Of a stretch of DNA of 64,000 bases, positions 21,559 to 34,700 are shown one piece after another. The stretch lies in assembly GCA_964016885.1 (NCBI GenBank), contig OZ024741.1, forward strand, positions 2,108,001 through 2,172,000, written 5' to 3'. Under the pieces are notes generated by a model. The model worked only from the letters and a program-made list of their open reading frames with translations, did no database searches and was not told the DNA's origin. The translations under genes were made by a program, and so were the position numbers. Numbering within the stretch: position 1 is the stretch's first letter; each line of letters begins with the position of its first letter. The stretch is from Eledone cirrhosa (lineage: Eukaryota).

Positions 21559-24178
21559 AGTAATAGCAACAGCAGCAGTAATAGCAACAGCAGCAGTAAT
21601 AGCAACAACAGCAGTAATAGCAACAGCAGCAGTAATAGCAACAACAGCAGTAATAGCAACAGCAGCAGTAATAGCAACAGCAGCAGTAATAGCAACAACA
21701 GCAGTAATAGCAACAACAGCAGTAATAGCAACAACAGCAGTAATAGCAAAAGCAGCAGTAATAGCAACAGCAGCAGTAATAGCAACAGTAGCAGTAATAG
21801 CAACAGCAGCAGTAATAGCAACAACAGCAGTAATAGCAACAACAGCAGTAATAGCAACAGCAGCAGTAATAGCAACAACAGCAGTAATAGCAACAGCAGC
21901 AGTAATAGCAACAGCAGCAGTAATAGCAACAGCGGCAGTAATAGCAACAGCAGCAGTAATAGCAACAACAGCAGTAATAGCAACAGCAGCAGTAATAGCA
22001 ACAACAGCAGTAATAGCAACAACAGCAGTAATAGCAACAGTAGCAGTAATAGCAACAGCAGCAGTAATAGCAACAGCAGCAGTAATAGCAACAGCAGCAG
22101 TAATAGCAACAACAGCAGTAATAGCAACAACAGCAGTAATAGCAACAACAGCAGTAATAGCAAAAGCAGCAGTAATAGCAACAGTAGCAGTAATAGCAAC
22201 AGCAGCAGTAACAGCAACAACAGCAGTAATAGCAACAACAGCAGTAATAGCAACAGCAGCAGTAATAGCAACAGCAGCAGTAATAGCAACAACAGCAGTA
22301 ATAGCAACAGCAGCAGTAATAGCAACAGCAGCAGTAATAGCAACAGCAGCAGTAATAGCAACAGCAGCAGTAATAGCAACAGCAGCAGTAATAGCAACAG
22401 TAGCAGTAATAGCACAGAAGCAGTAATAGCAACAGCAGCAGTAATAGCAACAGCAGTAATAATAGCAACAGCAGTAATAATAGCAACAACAGCAGTAATA
22501 GCAACAACAGCAGTAATAGCAACAGCAGCAGTAATAGCAACAGCAGCAGTAATAGCAACAGCAGCAGTAATAGCAACAGCAGCAGTAATAGCAACAGCAG
22601 CAGTAATAGCAACAACAGCAGTAATAGCAACAACAGCAGTAATAGCAACAACAGCAGTAATAGCAAAAGCAGCAGTAATAGCAACAGTAGCAGTAATAGC
22701 AACAGCAGCAGTAATAGCAACAACAGCAGTAATAGCAACAACAGTAGTAATAGCAACAGCAGCAATAATAGCAACAACAGCAGTAATAGCAACAGCAGCA
22801 GTAATAGCAACAGCAGCAGTAATAGCAACAGCAGCAGTAATAGCAACAGCAGCAGTAATAGCAACAACAGCAGTAATAGCAACAACAGCAGTAATAGCAA
22901 CAGTAGCAGTAATAGCAACAACAGCAGTAATAGCAACAACAGCAGTAATAGCAACAGCAGCAGTAATAGCAACAGCAGCAGTAATAGCAACAGCAGCAGT
23001 AATAGCAACAGCAGCAGTAATAGCAACAGTAGCAGTAATAGCAACAGTAGCAGTAATAGCAACAGCAGCAGTAATAGCAACAGTAGCAGTAATAGCAACA
23101 ACAGCAGTAATAGCAACAGCAGCAGTAATAGCAACAACAGCAGTAATAGCAACAGCAGCAGTAATAGCAACAACAGCAGTAATAGCAACAACAGCAGTAA
23201 TAGCAACAACAGCAGTAATAGCAACAACAGCAGCAATAGCAACAGCAGTAATAGCAACAACAGCAGTAATAGCAACACAGCAGTAATAGCAACAACAGCA
23301 GTAATAGCAACAACAGCAGCAATAGCAACAGCAGTAATAGCAACAACAGCAGTAATAGCAACAACAGCAGTAATAGCAACAGCAGCAGTAATAGCAGCAA
23401 CAGCAGTAATAGCAACAACAGCAGTAATAGCAACAGCGGCAGTAATAGCAACAGTAACAGTAATAGCAACAGCAGCAGTAATAGCAACAGTAGCAGTAAT
23501 AGCAACAACAGCAGTAATAGCAACAACAGCAGTAATAGCAACAGCAGCAGTATTAGCAACAGCAGCAGTAATAGCAACAGCAGCAGTAATAGCAACAACA
23601 GCAGTAATAGCAACAGAAGCAGTAATAGCAACAGTAGCAGTAATAGCAACAGCAGCAGTAATAGCAACAGCAGCAGTAATAGCAACAGCAGCAGTAATAG
23701 CAACAGTAGCAGTAATAGCAACAACAGCAGTAATAGCAACAGCAGCAGTAATAGCAACAGTAGCAGTAATAGCAACAGTAGTAACAGCAGTAATAATAGC
23801 AACAGCAGCAGTAATAGCAGCGACAGCAGCATAAATAGCAACAGCAGCAGCATAAATAGCAACAGCAGCAGTAATAGCAACAGCAGCATTAATAGCAACA
23901 GCAGCAGTAATAGCAACAGCAGCAGTAATAGCAACAACAGCAGTAATAGCAACAACAGCAGTAATAGCAACAGCAGCAGCAATAGCACAACAGCAGTAAT
24001 AGCAACAGCAGCAGTAATAGCAACAGCAGCAGTAATAGCAACAACAGCAGTAATAGCAACAGCAGCAGCAATAGCAACAGCAGCAGTAATAGCAACAACA
24101 GCAGTAATAGCAACAGCAGCAGCAATAGCAACAGCAGCAGTAATAGCAGCAACAGCAGTAATAGCAACAACAGCAGCA
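21559..24178 (+). repeat. 15-bp minisatellite (AGTAATAGCAACARC)n, about 175 units
   Basis: Direct reading of the sequence. It accounts for the poly-L, CCYY and AVAIT ORFs. Confidence 0.97.
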
Positions 24179-24374
24179 TCAATGGAAGATAAAAAGACAA
24201 CAGAAATAAAATGGCTACTGCATTTGTCATCGTTTATTACTGCTGCTGGAACTGTTGTTGTTGTTGCATTAAATATGGCTGCTGTGTGTTACTGTTATTG
24301 CTGCTGCTGCTGTTGTTGTTGTTGTACAATAGATAGTACAAATTTAATGTTGCAATATTCTATAGCAACCTACT

Positions 24375-24497
24375 CCCTCTCTCACACACTCCTTTCTCTC
24401 TCTCTCTCTCACCCCCATCTCTCGCACATACCCCTCTCTCTCTCTCTCTCTCAGCCCCTCTCTCTCTCATACACATACCCCTCTCTCTCTCTCACAC

Positions 24498-24546
<49 letters not shown>

Positions 24547-24684
24547 ACCACCCTCTCTCTCACACACACCTCTCTCTCTCACACACACACATCTCTCTCT
24601 CTCTCACACACACACCTCTCTCTCTCTCATACACCTCTCTCTCTCTCTCCCACACACCTCTCTCTCTCACACACACACACACCC

Positions 24685-24723
<39 letters not shown>

Positions 24724-25088
24724 CCCTCTCTCACACATACACCTCTGTCTCTCTCTCACACACAATCCTCTCTCTCTCTCACACACACACATACCTCTCT
24801 CTCTCTCTCACCCCACCCCCTCTCTCTCTCACACACACACACCTCTGTCTCTCTCTCTCACCCCCTCTCTCTCTCTCTCACACACCTCTCTCTCTCTCTC
24901 TCACACACACACCTCTCTCTCTCTCTCTTTCACCCCCACCCTCTCTCTTTCACCCCCACCCTCTCTCTCTCTCTCTTTCTCACACACACAAACACACACC
25001 TCTATCTCTCTCTCTCTCACACACACACATCTCTCTCTCTCTCTCACACCTCTCTCTCTCTCACACACCTCTCTCTCTCCCACATTCC

Positions 25089-25125
<37 letters not shown>

Positions 25126-25145
25126 CTATCTCTCTCCACCACACA
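24375..25145 (+). repeat. (CT)n/(CA)n low-complexity tract
   Basis: Direct reading of the sequence. Confidence 0.9.
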
Positions 25146-25609
25146 CCAAATTAGGTTGGGTGTAAAAGAAAGAGATCGGTACTTTAACCAATGTAACACT
25201 TGGGATACATTATTCTAAAGTACATATACTGTGGCTGGGCACCACTTGTGAAACCACACGAACAAACTATTAAAATGAATTTACACCATCAATTCCTCCG
25301 ATATAACCGGCTCAACCCACCCCGGGTGAACGCCGCCACAACTACAAGTATCATAAGTAATAGGCGACTGGCATTTTATTTCATTGATTTCGATTGGATG
25401 AGAATCAAAATTGGCCAAGTGCCTTCTACTAGAGTCGGCTCAGCCAATTAAACGAGTCTTGCGCCCGAAACGTTAAGACCATCTTCCTGCTATTTCAAGC
25501 GTTAAACTAATATATTCCTTCCATATACTGTACCGATCTGTTGTTATTTCTGTTTACCTTTTACATACATATATATATGTATATATATATATGTATGTGT
25601 GTGTGTGTG

Positions 25610-25665
<56 letters not shown>

Positions 25666-25751
25666 AAAGTAAAAAAACAATAACAACAACAACAACAAGG
25701 AGTACAATTACGAAAAGTGTTTGGTATTAGGTTCATATATATATATATATA

Positions 25752-26661
25752 TTTCGTTTCTGAATTTGTTTAGCAAGATTCTTTATCTGAAATCGTGTGT
25801 TGAAACCGATATTGTTATACTTTGGGAGGGTCATGTTGCCAAGAAGAAACACACGCACCAGTTGCTTTCACTTCAATTTATTATTATAAATTTATAATAA
25901 ATTTATAAATTTCTGGTTGGTTGGTTGGTTCCACAACCAGATAGTTGTTTATATATTGTCATAGTTCTTTCGTCACATACTCTGTGACCTCTTCAGTGAC
26001 TGGGGATTCCTTTCTTTGTTTCTGTGCCTCTCCTTTGTTCTGTCCTACGCCATTTTGTTTCTGTGTGTGTGTTGTGTGCTCAGTCTGCGCATGCGTCACA
26101 TCCGGGTGTCTGTGTGTGTTTATGTTCATTTATTTATTTGTTTATTTACATGTTACTGGTTGGTTGTTTGTTCTATGTGTGTGTGTGTTTTCATTTTGTC
26201 CTTAATTGTAAGTTGTGATGTTGCTGTTCCACTCATATTTTCTATTTAATTTTGGTTTTATTATGTTTATTGCCTCTGTGATTTGTCTAAACATTGCGTC
26301 TTTTTCTGTGTGTAGATTCTATTTTTATTTCTATGTTCTCTAATTTACCCTTGTGTTCTATTTTAGCATGTTGGTAGAGTACAGATGATTCTTTACTATC
26401 TTGAAGGTCTCGCCAGTGTTCATTTATCCGTTCCCTACACTACGAGCTGTCTCACCTATGTACACTATATTTTTGTCTCTACATTGTCCTTCAATATAAA
26501 CAACTATATAAACAACTATCTGGTTGTGGAACCAACAAACCAGAAATTTATAAATTTATAAATTTATTATAAATTCATTATAAATTTATTATAATAATAA
26601 ATTGAAGTGAAAGCAACTGGTGCGTGTGTTTCTTATTGGCAACATGACCCTCCCAAAGCAT

Positions 26662-26667
<6 letters not shown>
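25752..26667 (-). mobile_element. Penelope-like element 3' fragment (decayed GIY-YIG plus pLTR) with an inverted pLTR piece at its 5' end
   Basis: 25810-26494 is the reverse complement of 30758-31462. The segment 26495-26667 is an inverted copy of the tail. Both ends abut (TA)n. Confidence 0.88.
25957..26001 (-). ncRNA. Minimal type I hammerhead ribozyme in a PLE pLTR
   Basis: AGTCA-CTGAAGA-G-GTCACA(GAGTA)TGTGAC-GAAA-G(AA)C-TA-TGACA: intact core, 6-bp stem II, minimal stem III, 4-bp stem I. Confidence 0.75.
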
Positions 26668-26693
<26 letters not shown>

Positions 26694-27258
26694 GGAAAAG
26701 CTGGTTGCGATGGATTGGCGTGCTATACGGTGGTTGAGACGAGAGGAAGGCAAGCAGACTTAATGTGTGCTTCATCAAATTCGGGGCTAAAAGGGTTTAA
26801 GGTTCAGGAATGGTAGAGTACCATCCCTGAACCTTACTCCACCCATTGGGAGCTACACAACAGACCTACCCTTATGTCATTCAGCAGGGTTACAAGGAGA
26901 AGGTATTTATACTACATTCCTGACAGGTGAGTTTAGTAGATTAGGACGTGAGTTTCCGGTGGCGTGCTGGGTTAACATTCCTGGATTAGTTGACATACAC
27001 ACACACACACACATACATACAAACACACACAGACACACTCACACCCACACACACATACACACAGACATACAGACACAGACATACAGACACACACACACAT
27101 ATATATATACAGACACACACACACATACAGACACACACATATACATATATATACACACACACACACATACACACATAGAGACACACACATATATACACAC
27201 ACACATACAGAGACACACATACACACTTACACACACACACACACACATACACACACAT

Positions 27259-27310
<52 letters not shown>

Positions 27311-27443
27311 GTGAGGTTTTTTTTACAAAATGAAAAATAACCGAGGTGTCCCACACGAGTGAAAGTATAAAGAAAAAGAGATGAAATCGAAAATGCAACT
27401 GAAGTCTTATTTTTTTTTTTTAAATATATATATTTATTTGGTT

Positions 27444-27481
27444 CCTTTACCGGTTTCGCAGTTCTTCTGCTTTTCAAAAGG
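27444..27481 (-). ncRNA. Minimal hammerhead-like motif with variant core (UUGAAAA)
   Basis: CCTT-TTGAAAA-GCAG(AAGAA)CTGC-GAAA-C(CG)G-TA-AAGG. All three stems pair, but the core deviates from CUGANGA. Confidence 0.55.
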
Positions 27482-27783
27482 TGAGTTGAGATGGAGGGTC
27501 TATATATATATATATATAACGAAGGAAATGTGGTAAGGAACCAGGTGGACCATAACGCACCAAAGTACTCAATACTTGAGGTAGTAGAGTGGGTTCCTAT
27601 ATATATATATATATATATATAAGCAAATTATAAACGTAAACATGTAAGTATGTTTTTGAAACGGTGCGCGAGTTTGAAATTAAAAATTAGAAATTATAAG
27701 CTTTCACCGTATTTTAGACTAAAGAAATTTCTAGCCTGATAGTGGGGTTTATAACCCTCGGAGAAATGGAAAAAGATGAGTGT

Positions 27784-27854
27784 TGCCGTACATGGGAGTC
27801 GAACCCACATCTTTGGTTATCCAGACCACTGTGCTACCATTACACCAATGCACA
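27784..27854 (-). pseudogene. tRNA-like sequence (SINE head or tRNA pseudogene)
   Basis: A-box TGGTGTAATGG, D arm, TGGT-CTGGATA-ACCA arm, T arm GTGGG-TTCGACT-CCCAT and a T5 run about 10 nt downstream. The acceptor stem pairs poorly. Confidence 0.7.
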
Positions 27855-28436
27855 TCCCATCTCCTTCCATTCTAATTAGAAGCTATGAACTTAGCAAGTG
27901 AATGATAAACAAGCAAATTATAAACGTAAACATGTAAGTATGTATATAAGTAAAGTAGTCAGTTTGGAAACCTCTACAATGTAGATGAGTAAATCTTCTG
28001 GCCAGGAAACCCAGTGAAGAAGGAGGAGAATGGAGATAAAATAAAGGTAACAGGTGTAAGAAGAAAAGAGGAAAAAGAAGAGGAAGGTGTTTGTGGACCC
28101 TAAAATATTTATTAGTCCCTATATTTCGGATTGGCATCCATCAACGGGGGTGGTTTTCCGAAAGGAAAATAAAAACGTTGAACTTTGCTGGCTGCTGGCT
28201 CTATGATTCTGTTTAAAATTGAAAGTTGTTCATTGGACTCGCGCATGCGTGGAAGTACGTTGTTTAAAAAAAAAAAATTGACGGTTATTTTCCTTCTCCT
28301 TCACTGGATTTCGTTGCCAGAAGATTTACCAATCTACATTGTAGAGGTTTCCAAACTGACTACTTTACTTATTCCACAATGCTTCAAGCAAACCTGAACA
28401 CTCTCTTACACAGACACACACACACATATATATATA

Positions 28437-28496
<60 letters not shown>

Positions 28497-28627
28497 GATA
28501 AATCTACCAAGAGTTTACGGTAGTGTCCAATCCGTATGAAGAACTCAATGTATTCCGGATATCATGGAAAGAAGAGATGTAATGAAAATCCAATTTCGGT
28601 GAAAGATAAACGGTATACAGAGTCAAG

Positions 28628-28965
28628 ATAAAATATTAAACAAATAATGAACAAACAATTCCTTATATTAAACAAAAAAAGTTCACTATTTAACGATCGT
28701 TTCTAGGGCATATATGTGCTATAATTGGTATGCATATTTAACAGATCTATGTACAAAATTATACAAAATTATACAAATTATCAAGATTAAATATGAGTTA
28801 GGTATGTATATTTAATCTTGATAATTTGTATAATTTTGTATAATTTTGTACATAGATCTGTTAAATATGCATACCAATTATAGCACATATATGCCCTAGA
28901 AACGATCGTTAAATAGTGAACTTTTTTTGTTTAATATAAGGAATTGTTTGTTCATTATTTGTTTA

Positions 28966-28974
<9 letters not shown>
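28628..28974. repeat. Apparently perfect inverted repeat with 167-bp arms and a 13-nt loop
   Basis: 28628-28794 is the reverse complement of 28808-28974. The right arm contains GAAAC-GATC-GTT and ends in (TA)n. Confidence 0.92.
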
Positions 28975-29005
<31 letters not shown>

Positions 29006-29238
29006 GTTGCCGACTCTGTGCAAGACATTTTAGATCATTGGCTGGGCTAAAAAGCCACATTCGATCGCAGCGCTGTTAGTTGCTATCGTGTGTGTGTGTA
29101 GATGTGCTTGTGTGTGTGCGTGTGTGTGTATATATATATGTATATGTATATTATTATTGTTGTTGTCGTTATTATTATTGTTGTTATTATTATTATTATT
29201 ATTATTGTTATTAATGTATGTGTGTGTGTGTGTATGTA

Positions 29239-29273
<35 letters not shown>

Positions 29274-29399
29274 TTATTTTTTTTTATTTTTTATTTTTTA
29301 TTTTTTATTTTTTATTTTATTTTTATTTATTTATTATTATTATTATTTTTATTTTTTCTTTCTCCTCGTGCAATGGCCATACTCGATAACGAGGGGGCA

Positions 29400-29442
<43 letters not shown>

Positions 29443-29465
29443 CACGCGTGTACACACAGGTACAC

Positions 29466-29496
<31 letters not shown>

Positions 29497-29767
29497 TGAC
29501 ACACACGTGTACACACAGGTACGCATATAAAAGTGCATAAAGAATTCCCAGACCCACACTCATACGTGTACATACAAGCACACAAAAGATATATAAGAAA
29601 TTAAGACACACTTTTATATATATACACACACTCATAGATAAACATTCACATACACGCACACTTCCATCATCGATACACAAATCACATACACACACGGAAG
29701 AAATAATGTACACCCATGAAATGCATTCCATCAGCACACACGTAACAACACGCACGACACACCTACA

Positions 29768-30012
29768 CCCTCCACCACGGCTCCCACCCTCCACCACGGC
29801 TTCCACCCTCCACCACGAATCCCACCCTCCACCACGGCTCCCACCCTCCTCCACGAATCCCACCCTCCACCACGGCACCCACCCTCACCCTGGCCCCCAC
29901 CCTCCACCACGGCTCCCCACCCTCCACCACGGCTCCCACCCTCTACCACGGCCGCCATCCTCCACCACGGATCCCCCCTCCAACCCGGCTCCCACCCTCC
30001 TCACGGCGCCCT
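29768..30012 (+). repeat. ~18-bp C-rich minisatellite (CCCACCCTCCACCACGGCT)
   Basis: Direct reading of the sequence. Confidence 0.85.
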
Positions 30013-30190
30013 CCCCAGCGACCCACTTTTGCCATCTTAAATATATTTTCGAACCTTCTATCTCCGCACTTTTCTTTCTCCAAAGAAGGACTTATGTCCG
30101 ATACGTACAAACCCTCATTTACTTATTCCTAAACGTAAACATAGGACTGTGTTTTTGTACCTTTGTGTTTGATACGTTTATACTTGAACT

Positions 30191-30230
<40 letters not shown>

Positions 30231-30491
30231 ACATCTCTCCATATAAGTCCTGTGGACGCCAGCTCCATATGTACTGTCACCAGCAGAAACTAATACATTA
30301 GTCCGGGACGAGAGAATCTACCCACACGAAATCGTTGTTTTTTTTACTATTTAACTTATTAGTATACACTGTGCTTTCTTTTTGGTATCTTAATAATACT
30401 GACTTAAAGCATTGAGTGAGGGGGAAGACGACGCAAGGCATTTCGGTCCTAAACGATGACTTCGTTTCAGTATTATATATATATATATATA

Positions 30492-30690
30492 TAACGAAGG
30501 AGGTGTGGTAAGGAACTAGATGGACCATAACGCACCAGAGTACTCAACACTTAGGGTAGTAGAGTGGGTAATAGGAAAATGTTAAACCCCGACGGCAGAG
30601 CTCAAGCCGTTTCGATGGCTATTTCTGGACGCGAGACCAGAAATAGCGGTCGAAACGGGTTGAGCTCTGCCGTCGGGGTTTAACATTTTC
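30492..30690 (-). mobile_element. PLE tail family A with foldback
   Basis: Hairpin at about 30575-30690 with an 8-nt spacer, and (TA)n on both sides. Confidence 0.7.
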
Positions 30691-30710
30691 ATATATATAT
30701 ATATATATGA

Positions 30711-31462
30711 AAATATTAACTGTAAAACTAGGAATGCAGTGTATAGCATAAGATGTACTGAAGGACAATGTAGAAACAAAAATATAGTGTACATAGGTGA
30801 GACAGCTCGTAGTATAGGGGAACGGATAAATGAACACTGGCGAGACCTTCAAGATAATAAAGAATCATCTGTACTCTACCAACATGCTAAGATAGAACAC
30901 AAGGGTAAATTAGAGAACATAGAAATAAAAATAGAATCCACACACAGAAAAGATGCAATGTTTAGGCAAATTACAGAGGCAGTAAGCATAAAAGAATTAC
31001 AACCAAAATTAAATAGAAAATATGAGTGGAACAGCAACATCACAACTTACAATTAAGGACAAAATGAAAACACACACACACATAGAACAAACAACCAACC
31101 AACAACATGTAAATAAATAAACAAACAGATAAATGAACACAAACACACACAGACACCCGGATGTGGCGCATGCGCAAACTGAGCACACAACACACACACA
31201 GAAACAAAATGGCGTAGGACAGAACAAAGGAAAGGCACAGAAACAAAGAAAGGAATCCCCAGTCACTGAAGAGGTCACAGAGTGTGTGACGAAAGGACTA
31301 TGACTATATATAAACAACTATCTGGTTGTGGAACCAACCAACCAACCAGAAATTTATAAGTTTGTAGATTTGTAAATTTATAAATATATAATAAATTGAA
31401 GTGAAAGCAACTGGTGCGTGTGTTTCTTATTGACAACATGACCCTCCCAAAGTATAACAATA
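30711..31462 (+). mobile_element. Penelope-like element 3' fragment: GIY-YIG endonuclease plus pLTR
   Basis: ORF 30739-31056 reads VYSIRC..C...VYIGETARSIGERINEH...LYQH...H...RQITEAVSIKELQPKLNRKYEW. Flanked by (TA)n. Confidence 0.92.
31261..31305 (+). ncRNA. Minimal type I hammerhead ribozyme in a PLE pLTR
   Basis: AGTCA-CTGAAGA-G-GTCACA(GAGTG)TGTGAC-GAAA-G(GA)C-TA-TGACT: 5-bp stem I, intact core, CUA cleavage triplet. Confidence 0.8.
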
Positions 31463-31752
31463 TATATATATATAATGTAAATGTATATATATATATAATG
31501 TAAATGTAGATATAATTTTATATATGGCTATCCTGTGAAACGGCAAAGATGTATGGTAATGCTGTATTTCGAACATATTACCTCCTCATCAGAATATAAT
31601 TGCCTCAATAAATCTTTAACTATATTCTGTGTTCCAGTACAGATATCTTATAAATACTTAGTTACGTCACTAAAAGTTTGAAGGTTAGAGAGTCAATGTA
31701 TGGCAGAGAAAGTGAGACTGTTAAAAAGAAACTGTGAAGATCTGTAGAGGGA

Positions 31753-34700
31753 GAATCAGTGACAGTACTTGACCAGTACTCTGTTTAACATCCTCCATAA
31801 GAATCAGTCACATTACTAGATCAGTACTCTGTTTAACATCCTCCATAAGAATCGGTCACATTACTTGACCAGTACTCTGTTTAACATCCTCCATAAGAAT
31901 CAGTCACATTACTTGACAAGTACTCTGTTTAACATCCTCCATAAGAATCGGTCACATTACTTGACAAGTACTCTGTTTAACATCCTCCATAAGAATCAGT
32001 CCCATTACTTGACCAGTACTCTGTTTAACATCCTCCATAAGAATCAGTCACATTACTTGACAAGTACTCTGTTTAACATCCTCCATAAGAATCAGTCACA
32101 TTACTAGATCAGTACTCTGTATAACATCCTCCATAAGAATCGGTCACATTACTTGACCAGTACTCTGTTTAACATCCTCCATAAGAATCAGTCACGTTAC
32201 TAGATCAGTACTCTGTTTAACATCCTCCATAAGAATCAGTCCCATTATTTGACCAGTACTCTGTTTAACATCCTCCATAAGAATCAGTCCCATTACTTGA
32301 CCAGTACTCTGTTTAACATCCTCCATAAGAATCAGTTACATTACTTGGCAGTACTCTGTTTAACATCCTCCATAAGAATCAGTCACGTTACTAGATCAGT
32401 ACTCTGTTTAACATCCTCCATAAGAATCGGTCACATTACTTGACCAGTACTCTGTTTAACATCCTCCAGAAGAATCAGTCACATTACTTGACCAGTACTC
32501 TGTTTAACATCCTCCATAAGAATCAGTCACATTACTTGAACAGTACTCTGTTTAACATCCTCCATAAGAATCAGTCACATTACTAGATCAGTACTCTGTT
32601 TAACATCCTCCATAAGAATCAGTCACATTACTTGACCAGTACTCTGTTTAACATCCTCCATAAGAATCAGTCACATTACTTGACCAGTACTCTGTTTAAC
32701 ATCCTGCATAACAATCAGTCACATTACTAGAGAAGTACTCTGTTTAACATCCTCCATAAGAATCAGTCACATTACTTGACCAGTACTCTGTTTAACATCC
32801 TCCATAAGAATCAGTCACATTACTTGACCAGTACTCTGTTTAACATCCTCCATAAGAATCAGTCACATTACTTGACCAGTACTCTGTTTAACATCCTCCA
32901 TAAGAATCGGTCACATTACTTGACCAGTACTCTGTTTAACATCCTCCATAAGAATCAGTCACATTACTAGATCAGTACTCTGTTTAACATCCTCCATAAG
33001 AATCAGTCACATTACTAGATCAGTACTCTGTTTAACATCCTCCAGAAGAATCAGTCACATTACTAGATCAGTACTCTGTTTAACATCCTCCATAAGAATC
33101 GGTCACATTACTTGACCAGTACTCTGTTTAACATCCTCCATAAGAATCAGTCACATTACTTGACAAGTACTCTGTTTAACATCCTCCATAAGAATCGGTC
33201 ACATTACTTGACAAGTACTCTGTTTAACATCCTCCATAAGAATCAGTCCCATTACTTGACCAGTACTCTGTTTAACATCCTCCATAAGAATCAGTCACAT
33301 TACTTGACCAGTACTCTGTTTAACATCCCATAAGAATCAGTCACATTACTTGACAAGTACTCTGTTTAACATCCTCCATAAGAATCGGTCACATTACTTG
33401 ACAAGTACTCTGTTTAACATCCTCCATAAGAATCAGTCCCATTACTTGACCAGTACTCTGTTTAACATCCTCCATAAGAATCAGTCACATTACTTGACCA
33501 GTACTCTGTTTAACATCCTCCATAAGAATCAGTCACATTACTAGATCAGTACTCTGTATAACATCCTCCATAAGAATCGGTCACATTACTTGACCAGTAC
33601 TCTGTTTAACATCCTCCATAAGAATCAGTCACGTTACTAGATCAGTACTCTGTTTAACATCCTCCATAAGAATCAGTCCCATTATTTGACCAGTACTCTG
33701 TTTAACATCCTCCATAAGAATCAGTCCCATTACTTGACCAGTACTCTGTTTAACATCCTCCATAAGAATCAGTTACATTACTTGGCAGTACTCTGTTTAA
33801 CATCCTCCATAAGAATCAGTCACGTTACTAGATCAGTACTCTGTTTAACATCCTCCATAAGAATCGGTCACATTACTTGACCAGTACTCTGTTTAACATC
33901 CTCCAGAAGAATCAGTCACATTACTTGACCAGTACTCTGTTTAACATCCTCCATAAGAATCAGTCACATTACTTGAACAGTACTCTGTTTAACATCCTCC
34001 ATAAGAATCAGTCACATTACTAGATCAGTACTCTGTTTAACATCCTCCATAAGAATCAGTCACATTACTTGACCAGTACTCTGTTTAACATCCTCCATAA
34101 GAATCAGTCACATTACTTGACCAGTACTCTGTTTAACATCCTGCATAAGAATCAGTCACATTACTAGAGAAGTACTCTGTTTAACATCCTCCATAAGAAT
34201 CAGTCACATTACTTGACGAGTACTCTGTTTAACATCCTCCATAAGAATCAGTCACATTACTTGACCAGTACTCTGTTTAACATCCTCCATAAGAATCAGT
34301 CACATTACTTGACCAGTACTCTGTTTAACATCCTCCATAAGAATCGGTCACATTACTTGACCAGTACTCTGTTTAACATCCTCCATAAGAATCAGTCACA
34401 TTACTAGATCAGTACTCTGTTTAACATCCTCCATAAGAATCAGTCACATTACTAGATCAGTACTCTGTTTAACATCCTCCAGAAGAATCAGTCACATTAC
34501 TAGATCAGTACTCTGTTTAACATCCTCCATAAGAATCAGTCACATTACTTGACCAGTACTCTGTTTAACATCCTCCATAAGAATGGGTCACATTACTAGA
34601 CCAGTACTCTGTTTAACATCCTCCATAAGAATCAGTGACATTACTAGATCAGTACTCTGTTTAACATCCTCCATAAGAATCGGTCACATTACTTGACCAG

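Noticed and set aside
21220-24230. 922-aa and other poly-Leu, Cys-Tyr or Ala-Val-Ile-Thr ORFs
   Set aside because: They are translations of a 15-bp minisatellite with internal frameshifts and no splice or domain evidence.
27577-27587. TGAGGTAGTAG, an 11-nt identity to the let-7 5' end (a let-7 site on the lin-28 strand)
   Set aside because: It lies inside a family A repeat whose other copies differ at this position. There is no pre-miRNA hairpin and the site is probably intronic, so it is likely chance.
27784-27854. Functional tRNA gene
   Set aside because: The acceptor stem does not pair properly, and a GGA anticodon without a long variable arm is inconsistent with tRNA-Ser.
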